Sequence record: OR050627.1 | Length of the DNA: 64,000 nucleotides | Direction: 5' to 3' (one strand) | Part shown: piece by piece, positions 38,401 through 45,569 of the stretch | Layout of the letters: every line of letters starts with the position of its first letter | Numbering within the stretch: position 1 is the first letter of the stretch | The notes under the pieces: model-generated | Seen by the model: the letters and a program-made list of their open reading frames with translations, nothing else | Databases searched by the model: none | What the model was told of the DNA's origin: nothing | Translations under genes and position numbers: made by a program

Positions 38401-39565
38401 AGTTTCTACATATGCAAGTGCTATTACTATGGCGCCATTCGTTAACGACTCCGGTAATAATAATTCTGCATTTACACTAGCTCAATCTAATGGTGTTTTA
38501 GCATTTAAAAATTATGTTAATGGCGCATGGGGTTCATGGATTAAATTGTTAACATCTGCAGATATTTCTACAGCGTCAATTAACAACTGGAACCAGGCAT
38601 ATTCTTGGGGTAACCATGCAAATGCAGGCTATATGTCCAAGTCTACGCAGATGGGAATATTAAGTTTTAACAGTTTATCTGGAACTGGTGCTAACGGAAT
38701 TTATCGTTCTGATGCTGACCCAACTACAGCAAATGGCGTTAAGAACAAGTATTCGCCAATGTTGCATATGGGCGCTTCTGATACAATGACGCAATTGTCC
38801 ATAGCTTACCAAACTGGTGAACTTTCATTCAGAGGAGGCTACAATAATAGCTGGCAAGATTGGCGTACTGCTTGGGATAACGTTAATTTACCTCAGCCAG
38901 TAACAAGAAACACTGCACAAACTATTACGGCAGATAAAACTCACACAGAGAACATTTTGCTTAATGGTAACAACATGATTAAGTTTTTTGGTACTGCGTC
39001 AACAAGAGTAATGATACTATCTGCTGATAGAATTACTGGTTGGACTGGTATCTCTGATGACCAAGATCGTAAAGTTGCAGGTATTGACTATGGTTCAGGT
39101 AACTATACGTTAGGTGAAATGATCTATGTTAGGAAGACTAACAATGGCACTGGTAATGTAGGTATTAGATCAACTCCGCATGCAACATATCCAGTTTACT
39201 TAAATGGTGACACTGCATGTACTGGTAACTTCATTGGTGTAGGATTCTATGAGTCTTCACGTAGGGCACTGAAAACTAACATTAAAGCTTTTGAGAAATC
39301 AGGACTTGACTTAGTTAATGAACTTGACATTGTAACGTTTGACCGTAAGGACAACGAGGAAATTAAAGATAAAATCGGAGTTATCATAGATGACACACCA
39401 TCCGAATTTGCTTCAATTTCAGGTGATGAGGTTGACTTATACAAAACAACCTTCATTCAAGCCAAGGCTATTCAGGAACTTTCTGCAACTGTTGAGAAGC
39501 AATCTGCCGAAATTGAAGAGCTAAAGAAAATGGTAAATATATTACTAAAAGGTACGAATGGATAA
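32444..39565 (+). CDS. Long tail fibre / receptor-binding protein with C-terminal intramolecular chaperone (peptidase S74)
   Basis: 2,373 aa, G/T/N/S-rich; several knob-like modules; three WGNH repeats; C-terminal SSRRALKTNI...KAIQEL plus coiled coil. Confidence 0.9.
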   Translation: MLYKYTTLPADTSALPVGALILTKSGDGYILDNNKVAVPFKGNVLTTTLINNWNDAYTKAHVHANKDTLDLISLLSIQKWDEAYSLKHSHTNLATLETITPSKIAEWNSAMKFIKTLSTEDLDTVITNGIYTQPSNANATTANHYPIGYAGTLTVLGNGTNHIVQEYVRLASGATGNVKYRRYYYVSSGWSNWQKSLDDRDITQAMIDSWNLAVSWGNHASAGYLTSTTGDARYLKLTGGTLTGDVAVTGGKTFTFTATDGKTYEVNGSGTKHTSGANVFSTNFINATTYGLTHGTQQMLTKDITNNILKIGNDTAPAQLRLKSAVGPNPTSTVLTDSNGDVSIVPALPLFTNYLEPQLIANADSATTKGIELNYLDSTSLNKPTTLANGTLMSLNINSSGGSQLAISTSTDPAVYFRTRSNTTFGGWTRLATTNDLTAIGNDYISKTTNDLPANSAWYVKKGTSGIGVVDTNFIGLFDASTKAYVTGGVLKIVNGGVETNALSTFNGTTTFNNNTTYVNASTLFMLGVHNATLGMQGNGRLSVTSGSANKTGSIIVEGDSPIIARPETIVNSDTVLANLPVGTHGAGTSIGGVNASFITFGSPVTGTKTNLLGSTTGFLKFRSSSGATFNDWKSLVSFEDLQLATTETSVSLTFNGVTKTAPITTGTLTGVMYTNNWTLPFGTTKGYIDIEMPTSTTGDIVLTLVGYWGNERQSGSVKYQIGFGANTTQIYDQYANIVSVTGGQVLLDSYAVNLSAAIVLVNAKPCLRIWCMRDGISQTNTVRAFLQIKTRQGTPFTSLADVKPLAFVAEPNIPTFMDLDQAPKSVSFNQIAVRSSAQNDDNAAIKLKTARISTSPTNTNGIRVVGTSNTAAGYLYLGSGNNRLGVDDGSANSPLLYNSSPVVTRDYAIANGFIFSEGNARGTINGVSAEVGLPANSFKPVKSGFYRANGENNWGALSLNIAHPSQSNGGFMAGIAFDYSGANAYLTGNDSAGNKLPNKKILTSADIDISKYWEKWTDGTNVGFNNVTPYYFLGADANTAQKVYTGGLLASNSFSDGTKIPTFGLYSKGDIAFDGNLNRLSGELNIQRTGINKLRTNGPSTILSAEATNTTSGAFIRPLGDNNTAGQTIFAKDIVRYNTKARQFSSVSNVTKYENLAAVSLAHNGPSTIKVMFPHSLNTIMWNIKLTVVSYTGANNTNVNQLPMELTISGYGSAPTTPSTNTGASVVNAFPAFTGVKIGLDDATGFKTLMLNFSAPLAYPKVIIDQVIYHHSGLTPTITDLDNDYVITQTADETGFTAQTDIPLTQFKGYFDIAKASTAFPTNIANANQASAINQDMNTLPSGNYVGGVSVSAQNLPIPVGTGNPGGLISFGSGSQTTRILGASDGSDNLWFNSGTSTKWYQLASRDYVTTQLANYIPTSQKGVANGVATLDANGTVPSTQLPSYVDDVLEFASLSAFPAVGESGKIYIAIDTNLQYRWSGSVYVPIMSSGGVISVNGKTGIVTLDKTDIGLGNVDNTADNVKNVLSATKWTTPRTFTLNGDISAIGTVDGSANVTFATTLPNIVTAGTYKITTVNAKGQVTGGSNPTTLAGFGITDAMSTSHPANVITSTDIANWNAQVAVGNFRTYGLGTYNAQTISDFNTLQTQLENVTRFYGSVNAAVTNGPAGIDYPGGVFNSISNAVQSALVFGGHGNNNGLAYRNKTGTNAWGNWIYAWTDKHFSQTNINNWNAAFGWGNHSTQGYLKAADLTGLVKKSGDTMSGMLTINSTSQPLALKGASANTNYTTYIKHDGSGNIGFIGSNGGGAIGDGGTGDRFVIRGTAGLDLYNDAGAITANGGAIWSTMHFSSTDLESFFEAYNNSISGGTMTPTQLQLTRTGSTPINIAIPTFNQNTTGNAGSATKLQTARTIKIGEQSGAFDGTGNLTFGHNEMKVTMCGVKTYGESWNSVVVLDTRNASPLPSTDLQSAVTFDFKQSSAIGLNSIPGVSTYASAITMAPFVNDSGNNNSAFTLAQSNGVLAFKNYVNGAWGSWIKLLTSADISTASINNWNQAYSWGNHANAGYMSKSTQMGILSFNSLSGTGANGIYRSDADPTTANGVKNKYSPMLHMGASDTMTQLSIAYQTGELSFRGGYNNSWQDWRTAWDNVNLPQPVTRNTAQTITADKTHTENILLNGNNMIKFFGTASTRVMILSADRITGWTGISDDQDRKVAGIDYGSGNYTLGEMIYVRKTNNGTGNVGIRSTPHATYPVYLNGDTACTGNFIGVGFYESSRRALKTNIKAFEKSGLDLVNELDIVTFDRKDNEEIKDKIGVIIDDTPSEFASISGDEVDLYKTTFIQAKAIQELSATVEKQSAEIEELKKMVNILLKGTNG

Positions 39566-40460
39566 AATTATAACTTTTGAATATGCTGCAGCTAACCTTG
39601 CAGCATTTCAATTGCAACCAATACCAAATACCAAGAAAGGTATGACTAAGGACGAGGTCAACGCTTACATTAGCGTTGACCAAGTTCCGTTAGCTTCATA
39701 TGTAGGTAACCGTTTAGTACCTATTAGCAAAGTTATTGGAGTTACTAAAGTGCCTGCTGATTTAACTTATTACATAATGGGCTCAATGTATAACGAGCAA
39801 GGTAATTACAATGAGTCTTATGTTTGGAACAACGGATATTCAGAATACCGTAACTTTTCAACATTGGCTAATGACGACATGGTAGTTAATGTAGTTGCTT
39901 ATTTTCAAAAAGTCTATAGACGTTCAAATTCCGACCCATCGTTTAATGCAGAATTTGCTTTGAATTTTAGAGAACCTCTTAATGCTATATTGGAAGATGT
40001 CTTTAACTTGGCAGGATTTGCACTTAATGCAAACAATATAGAAATGTCGAGGACTATGTTACAGATGATAGGATGGCCTGCTGCAGATTATGGTGATCAG
40101 ATTTACAAAGAAAATGGCACTGACATTACTAAGTCTACTACATACCAAAAAATGTTTACGTCATCACCGCCACTAGTTAATCCATCAACAAACTTAGGAA
40201 TTATGACTTATGGTGAATCCGACTTGCCGAATACTAACGCACACAATAAAGTTAGGGATAGGGAACTGCTTAAAATTAATGTAGGCCCTTCCGGACAGAA
40301 TGAAATTTTACCTCAAATGACCAGGGATACGCTTAACACTAACACTAATGGTTATTGGGACGTTCAGTTTAGTCTTAATCCATTTGAATGTTCTTATGTA
40401 ATTAAACGATTGACTGGAGGTGACGCTAAGTTTGCAGTTAAATATTTTGCACCTTTATAA
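39558..40460 (+). CDS. Putative tail-fibre accessory/adhesin protein
   Basis: Overlaps the fibre stop; N-terminal MTKDEV...YVGNRLVPISKV resembles modules that follow Bacteroidota phage fibres. Confidence 0.5.
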   Translation: MDKIITFEYAAANLAAFQLQPIPNTKKGMTKDEVNAYISVDQVPLASYVGNRLVPISKVIGVTKVPADLTYYIMGSMYNEQGNYNESYVWNNGYSEYRNFSTLANDDMVVNVVAYFQKVYRRSNSDPSFNAEFALNFREPLNAILEDVFNLAGFALNANNIEMSRTMLQMIGWPAADYGDQIYKENGTDITKSTTYQKMFTSSPPLVNPSTNLGIMTYGESDLPNTNAHNKVRDRELLKINVGPSGQNEILPQMTRDTLNTNTNGYWDVQFSLNPFECSYVIKRLTGGDAKFAVKYFAPL

Positions 40461-40471
40461 ACCAATAGCGC

Positions 40472-40837
40472 ATGAAAAATATTGAATTAACAAAGGAAAA
40501 TGCGTTAGTATCGAAAGTGGTCGAGATAGCTGAATACAACAATTTCAGTGCGTTTCTTGTTGGTTCACAGCTTGACGACAGTAAACAATCAAAGGATATA
40601 AATATCATAGGCGTTATGGAAAACCAAGACTTTATTGATAAGTTCGGCTTTCCATACACCGAAATATTCAGGCGTTTAATGCAATCAGACTATTCTGACT
40701 TGCGTACAATACGTTACATAAGCATAAGTAACCGAATTAAAATTGAATTGCGATTTACTACAGCAATGAACGTTACTTTTATTCTAATGGATGTCGAAAG
40801 CTTTGACTACGACTTACCTTACAAACAAATACACTAA
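40472..40837 (+). CDS. Degenerate minimal nucleotidyltransferase-like protein
   Basis: FLVGS-x9-DINII resembles hG[GS]-x9-13-DhD with the second Asp replaced by Asn. Confidence 0.35.
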   Translation: MKNIELTKENALVSKVVEIAEYNNFSAFLVGSQLDDSKQSKDINIIGVMENQDFIDKFGFPYTEIFRRLMQSDYSDLRTIRYISISNRIKIELRFTTAMNVTFILMDVESFDYDLPYKQIH

Positions 40838-40848
40838 ACAAAACAAAA

Positions 40849-41955
40849 ATGAGCATAAAATACGGCTTAAATCAATTTAAAAATACTGCAGACAATAGTA
40901 CTGAAGTAGTCATTGACAATGGTTTACTTTATGAAATTGGCATACCAATTGGCGAAGTTAACGAAGCTACAAACAACATTTACGTAACTGATGCTTCTGG
41001 CAAAAAGATAAGAGTGCCTATACATGATGCAATAATTCAGTCAATTCAGCTAATGTCTGATGACGTTAAAAGCCAATTTAAGTCTAGCGTTTTTGGCGAA
41101 ATAGACTTATTGCCAGCATCAATTTCAGGAGCTATGCCATTCATGCTAACTTCGGCAGATTTTGGCAAGTCGATAGACGTCATAATTTACGGCAAAAATA
41201 TGAATATGCACGACACTGCAAATACTAAAGTTGCGTTAGTCGACAAAAATTCAGGTGCCGAGATAGTAGCGACTACTTGGAATACATTGAACGTCAACCA
41301 AATGCAGGCCACTTTTAAAATCCCTGCTAAATGCAAAGCTACTGCGTTTTTAGTTGCAGTGACTTATGGTGACATCGCAGCACAATCTACTGCAGAAATT
41401 ATCGTTAACACTTCGGTAACTTTTGAACCTGTAGAGCTTAACTTTACAAAATTTGGTGAAGAATATTGCATAGCAACTACACCAAAATCTATAACATTTT
41501 CGCCACTTTTTAACAACAATATTGGTGCAGATTCAGTGTCAGTTACTTCCGAAGCTATCGACTGTACAAAGAATTTTGTTTTGTCGGCAGACTTGGCAAT
41601 AAATACTAAATCCGGAGCTTCACTTAACGCTATTGACTTGACTAGGTCAGGCTTTGGTTTAGGCTTTGCAGGACAGCCTGGAGAAGTTAGGTTTGACGGC
41701 GTTAACATGGACTTACGTGACTTTAAGCCAAGGTTCAACACATTCCTAACTAAGGAACCTATAAAGCATGTAAAATTCATAAAGCAAGGTAACTCAATTT
41801 ATAAGCTGCTATATTCAGATAATAGCGTGTATACATTCAAAACTATACTTAGTATAGATGATGACATAGCCATATGCGCATCTATGCAAAGACTTGATGA
41901 TAGCGGAAGTATCATTAATGTATCATACAACAATATAACTTTAAAAACATTCTAA
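40849..41955 (+). CDS. Putative virion fibre/appendage protein
   Basis: N-terminus shared with 30951..31349; beta-rich Ig-like and lectin-like segments. Confidence 0.5.
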   Translation: MSIKYGLNQFKNTADNSTEVVIDNGLLYEIGIPIGEVNEATNNIYVTDASGKKIRVPIHDAIIQSIQLMSDDVKSQFKSSVFGEIDLLPASISGAMPFMLTSADFGKSIDVIIYGKNMNMHDTANTKVALVDKNSGAEIVATTWNTLNVNQMQATFKIPAKCKATAFLVAVTYGDIAAQSTAEIIVNTSVTFEPVELNFTKFGEEYCIATTPKSITFSPLFNNNIGADSVSVTSEAIDCTKNFVLSADLAINTKSGASLNAIDLTRSGFGLGFAGQPGEVRFDGVNMDLRDFKPRFNTFLTKEPIKHVKFIKQGNSIYKLLYSDNSVYTFKTILSIDDDIAICASMQRLDDSGSIINVSYNNITLKTF

Positions 41956-41957
41956 AA

Positions 41958-42380
41958 ATGGCAAATTTCTTAATTGCATACAAAAAGACAGGAGGCTTTG
42001 AAGGCGGCTGGAACCACATAAAAGGAGATACTGGAGGAGAAACATATTGCGGAATTGCAAGAAACTATTGGCCTAAATGGGCTGGCTGGGCAATCATAGA
42101 TTCTAAAAAGCCAATTAAAACAGGTACAATTTTTAAAGACAACGCTAAACTTGAAGATTTAGTGCATGCGTTTTACAAAACTAATTTCTGGGACGTTGTC
42201 GGTGGAGATGACATCGAGGACCAAACTATAGCTAACACGCTTTATGATTTTGGGGTTAACGCCGGAACGTCAAGATCAGTTAAGCAAATTCAGGGCGCTT
42301 TAGGCTTAGCACAAACTGGTAAAGTAGACAAAGCTTTAGTTGAAGCTATCAACAATCCATCCAAAAACTTACTTAAATAA
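41958..42380 (+). CDS. Endolysin catalytic half, glycoside hydrolase family 108
   Basis: FEGG motif, DTGGETYCGIAR, YKTNFWD, LYDFGVNAG. Stops before the usual C-terminal PG-binding-3 domain. Confidence 0.9.
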   Translation: MANFLIAYKKTGGFEGGWNHIKGDTGGETYCGIARNYWPKWAGWAIIDSKKPIKTGTIFKDNAKLEDLVHAFYKTNFWDVVGGDDIEDQTIANTLYDFGVNAGTSRSVKQIQGALGLAQTGKVDKALVEAINNPSKNLLK

Positions 42381-42384
42381 CAAA

Positions 42385-43053
42385 ATGAAGAACATATTTT
42401 TTAGTATGATGTTAGGGCTTTTTGCTTTAACATCATGCAACAACAAAAATGCTAGTAACGTTAAGAATGACGTTGACTCATTAACACTAGTAGACACTGC
42501 GTTTATCGTAGTAGACTCAGCAACTAGAGATTCAGTTCCAATTTACATCGAACAGGAAGCTTACGACAATAAAGCACAGATTGCTAAAGAAGAGTTTAGC
42601 AGACTTAAAAAATCGGCCGACTCACTTTACAATATTACGTTATCACTTAAGCATCTGGAAGGTCAGTATGCCAATATAATCGCAACAGGCAAAGCAGACT
42701 ACAAAAGCTTAGACGCTAAAAAGATTAAGTTAGCACAATATAAAGCTAAACTTAAAGCTAACTTAGAACGTAAAATTGTTAAAAAGTCATTTGACGATGA
42801 AGTCATAGCTTCACCAATATTTACTGAGGCAGACTCTGCAAAAGACAAATTTGTAGTATATCTTGGTGTTATAGAAAAAATTGAGACTGAGATCATACCT
42901 ACATTAAAAGAACAAGAACTTGACATTAGTCGATCTACATTGCATAAAAAGTTAGTAGTTGCAAATGCACAATATTACTTAAACATCACATTACGTAATC
43001 CAAGCCAGGACAAATTCTTGAAAGGTTGGACACGAAGAGCCTGGTCTCAGTAA
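42385..43053 (+). CDS. Lipoprotein carrying the GH108 C-terminal PG-binding-3 motif
   Basis: MKNIFFSMMLGLFALTS-C18 lipobox; ends QYYLNITLRNPSQDKFLKGWTRRAW. Confidence 0.75.
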   Translation: MKNIFFSMMLGLFALTSCNNKNASNVKNDVDSLTLVDTAFIVVDSATRDSVPIYIEQEAYDNKAQIAKEEFSRLKKSADSLYNITLSLKHLEGQYANIIATGKADYKSLDAKKIKLAQYKAKLKANLERKIVKKSFDDEVIASPIFTEADSAKDKFVVYLGVIEKIETEIIPTLKEQELDISRSTLHKKLVVANAQYYLNITLRNPSQDKFLKGWTRRAWSQ

Positions 43054-43056
43054 CAA

Positions 43057-43064
43057 TATAAATA
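43057..43064 (+). promoter_or_regulatory. Late promoter TATAAATA (holin/spanin genes)
   Basis: Exact consensus in the intergenic gap. Confidence 0.65.
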
Positions 43065-43100
43065 CTAAAATTTAAAAAACAAAATCCAGAATAAAACCAA

Positions 43101-43715
43101 ATGACTATGTCTATACTACAAGACTACAGCGTAGTTATAGGAAGCATTCTAGTTATTGTCGCTACATTTTTGAAAAAAGGTAATGTTCAACAACTAAACC
43201 AGTATATTAACACAATTAATATGCTGAGAGTTGACTTATTAGCACTCAAAAAGGACAATGCAGATATTGCATCCGACATACGTAAGTTACAGGCCGAATT
43301 GCACGACAAGGATCGTTTGGTTGCATTATTGGAAGCGACTTCTTGGGACTTACCGTTTCCTTATTGGCTTAAGGACATGCAACATAACATGGTGTACATT
43401 AATGCTAAATATGAAAAAACGTTTAACGTTAGGTCCATTGATTATGTTGGCAAAAAAGATAGCGACATCTGGCCTGTAGAAATTGCCGAAAAGTTCAAAG
43501 CTAATGACCAAAAGATGATTGACGGTGACGACGAGTTTATAATTTCACAAACAGAAGTTGACGGCTTTGTAGTCATAAAATGGAAACGTTGGGCTGGTAG
43601 CATTTTAATTGGCGTTGCAGGAATGTGTATACCAATTAATGTATTTCATAATTTTACGCAAGATGTCTTAAACGTAGTTAATCAGAATAACAGCAATGAG
43701 CGAACACGAAACTAA
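43101..43715 (+). CDS. Holin candidate: single TM + coiled coil + PAS domain
   Basis: TM VVIGSILVIVATFL then KK; PAS signature LPFPYWLKD...YINAKYEKTF...YVGKKDSDIWP...F...D; located in the lysis cassette after TATAAATA 43057-43064. Confidence 0.65.
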   Translation: MTMSILQDYSVVIGSILVIVATFLKKGNVQQLNQYINTINMLRVDLLALKKDNADIASDIRKLQAELHDKDRLVALLEATSWDLPFPYWLKDMQHNMVYINAKYEKTFNVRSIDYVGKKDSDIWPVEIAEKFKANDQKMIDGDDEFIISQTEVDGFVVIKWKRWAGSILIGVAGMCIPINVFHNFTQDVLNVVNQNNSNERTRN

Positions 43716-44094
43716 CACAGAATATACAATGCCGCAAGAGGAAACTACAGCAGGCGGCATCTTAAACAACATGGAGCTTGCTCAAAAAAATCCTAGTTTA
43801 TGGCTTTGGATTGGAATTATAATAGCAATAGTAGCCATTTTTGGCTATTTTACAAGGTCGCAAGAGCTTAGAATCGATGAGGTTAAGGCTGAACGTGATA
43901 CTTGGAAGAGTAAATTTGAGGAAGTGTCTAAAGCTTACAATGAATTATTGATGAGTCGATACTACGGAAACGTTACTACTATGCCAGGAGTTCCTCAAGT
44001 TCCTCATGATTCAGTTGGCAAATTCCAAAACCAGGATGCAATAAGACCAAAAGAACTAGAAGACAAAACAAAAACAAATACTGACAATGATTAA
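43696..44094 (+). CDS. Putative inner-membrane spanin (or antiholin)
   Basis: Single TM (LWLWIGIIIAIVAIFGYF) followed by a coiled coil; overlaps both neighbours. Confidence 0.55.
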   Translation: MSEHETNTEYTMPQEETTAGGILNNMELAQKNPSLWLWIGIIIAIVAIFGYFTRSQELRIDEVKAERDTWKSKFEEVSKAYNELLMSRYYGNVTTMPGVPQVPHDSVGKFQNQDAIRPKELEDKTKTNTDND

Positions 44095-44719
44095 AACAAT
44101 TAAAAGCGCTATAGTTATTACAACAATTGCGCTTTTTGCGTTTGGATGCGGTGCACGTAAAGTCGATCTTTCAAAACATAAGGAAGTTGAAACTACTGAA
44201 TATGCCAAAGAAAACGTAAAGCAAACAGAAAGTAACGTACAGACTAACGTTACGCAGAGCGAAAAGAACGTAACTACTAAGCAAACAGAAGCTACGAAGA
44301 GCGAAAAGGCTGATAATACTGAGCTAAACATAACAATTGAACCTTCAGGAAAAGGTGAAGTTGCTGAGTATGAATTTGTATTTGGTGACAAAGTTTTCAA
44401 AGGCAAAACGTCAGGTAAGCTAATAGTTTCCAACAAAACTGGAACTAACGTTAAGGACGAAAAGAACGTTAGTAACGAAAATGCTAACAACGAAAAGAAC
44501 GCTAGCGACAATAGCGTAAGTAACGTAAAAGCTTCAGAAGCAAACAAAGAGTCTGGCTCTAGCGAAAATAAAGTAGAAGACAAAACTAAAAACACTGACA
44601 AAAAGGAACCGTTTATTTTCAATTTCATGTCAGGCCTAGCCATTGTAGCAGGTGTTGCTATACTAGGATTCCTTGTCTACTTAGTATTACTTAGATTTGG
44701 ATTGATTAAAAGAACATAG
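44087..44719 (+). CDS. Putative spanin lipoprotein with additional C-terminal TM
   Basis: Lipobox LFAFG-C; low-complexity T/N/E/K linker; C-terminal hydrophobic helix. This layout could be a unimolecular spanin. Confidence 0.6.
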   Translation: MIKTIKSAIVITTIALFAFGCGARKVDLSKHKEVETTEYAKENVKQTESNVQTNVTQSEKNVTTKQTEATKSEKADNTELNITIEPSGKGEVAEYEFVFGDKVFKGKTSGKLIVSNKTGTNVKDEKNVSNENANNEKNASDNSVSNVKASEANKESGSSENKVEDKTKNTDKKEPFIFNFMSGLAIVAGVAILGFLVYLVLLRFGLIKRT

Positions 44720-44784
44720 TATAAATTAAAGTAAATATGCGGTCATATATGTATAATAAATTCACAATATAAAACAAATATATT

Positions 44785-45300
44785 ATGAGCAATACATTAG
44801 CCTTACCGGATAGCAAGCGGTTTGCAGACAACAAAATCATTCATTCATTATTCCGTAACTATATCGGAATATATCATTACAGTGGCCCTTCGCCAAAATC
44901 TCCAGATGCTAAACAAACTAAAAAGTTTAGTGAACATGGCTATCAAATGGTAAACAGAGAGGACGGCAAACCTTCACATTTTTACATTTTTGACCCTACA
45001 GATGATCCTAATAATTATTTCAGACTGCAGATAATTTGGGCCTTTGATACAATTAATCGCATACTTAAACATTATGACCTGTCAGTAACTTTTGAATTTA
45101 TTGACGTAGACTTTTGGCAATTCTTTTATTCTGAGTTTTTGAATAAACCTGCAGCTGAATCTAAACGATATAAATTTGTGGAAGGTTTAAGAGGTTTTGC
45201 ATCGCAAACACGAGGATTAGCATCTTACGGTTATACAATTAATGATGTTTTAGCTTTTGAAAAAGTACAATTATCAAAATACAGACTTAATAAAAGATAA
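44785..45300 (+). CDS. Hypothetical protein
   Basis: 171 aa, A-rich leader. Confidence 0.65.
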   Translation: MSNTLALPDSKRFADNKIIHSLFRNYIGIYHYSGPSPKSPDAKQTKKFSEHGYQMVNREDGKPSHFYIFDPTDDPNNYFRLQIIWAFDTINRILKHYDLSVTFEFIDVDFWQFFYSEFLNKPAAESKRYKFVEGLRGFASQTRGLASYGYTINDVLAFEKVQLSKYRLNKR

Positions 45301-45397
45301 CCGGCCCCGCTAAGCGTTGATTTGGAATTATGCCTTATCTGTAATACGCCTTAGCCGAGCAATCTTGGCAGGTAGGTACCACTGGGCCAAGCGTTAT
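45297..45397 (+). ncRNA. Candidate structured RNA (unclassified)
   Basis: About 52% GC island (counted over 45301-45390) with several complementary segments, lying between a stop codon and terminator 45403-45433. Confidence 0.4.
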
Positions 45398-45402
45398 TTA
45401 TA

Positions 45403-45433
45403 AGCCTAGCACTCAAAAAGTGCTAGGCTTTTT
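45403..45433 (+). terminator. Intrinsic terminator downstream of the candidate RNA
   Basis: aagcctagcact/agtgctaggctt with T-run. Confidence 0.85.
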
Positions 45434-45448
45434 GCGTTAAAAATGTTG

Positions 45449-45498
45449 AAAATAGTTGCATAAAAATTTTCAGATGTCAAATAATTGTTATATATTTG
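45449..45498 (+). promoter_or_regulatory. Full promoter AAAATAGTTG...ATGTC-N12-TATATTTG
   Basis: Upstream of the PolB-like fragment operon. Confidence 0.8.
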
Positions 45499-45569
45499 TA
45501 TTATAAAATTAAGGTAATAACATACAATTGATAAAATCATAAACAACTAATTTTTAAAACATTCATAAA

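Noticed and set aside
32444-40460. Diversity-generating retroelement targeting the fibre/adhesin
   Set aside because: No reverse transcriptase, and no template/variable repeat pair differing at adenines was seen in the window.
45309-45335. Pistol ribozyme or c-di-GMP-I riboswitch call
   Set aside because: Only short motifs match from memory. The pistol P1 stem, the AG before the pseudoknot and the GU cleavage site are missing, and there is no GNRA-capped P2. Kept only as an unclassified RNA candidate.
45303-45389. tRNA (acceptor-like ggcccc.../...gggcca)
   Set aside because: No T-loop (TTCG), no D-arm and no proper anticodon arm. No tRNA gene was recognised anywhere in the window.
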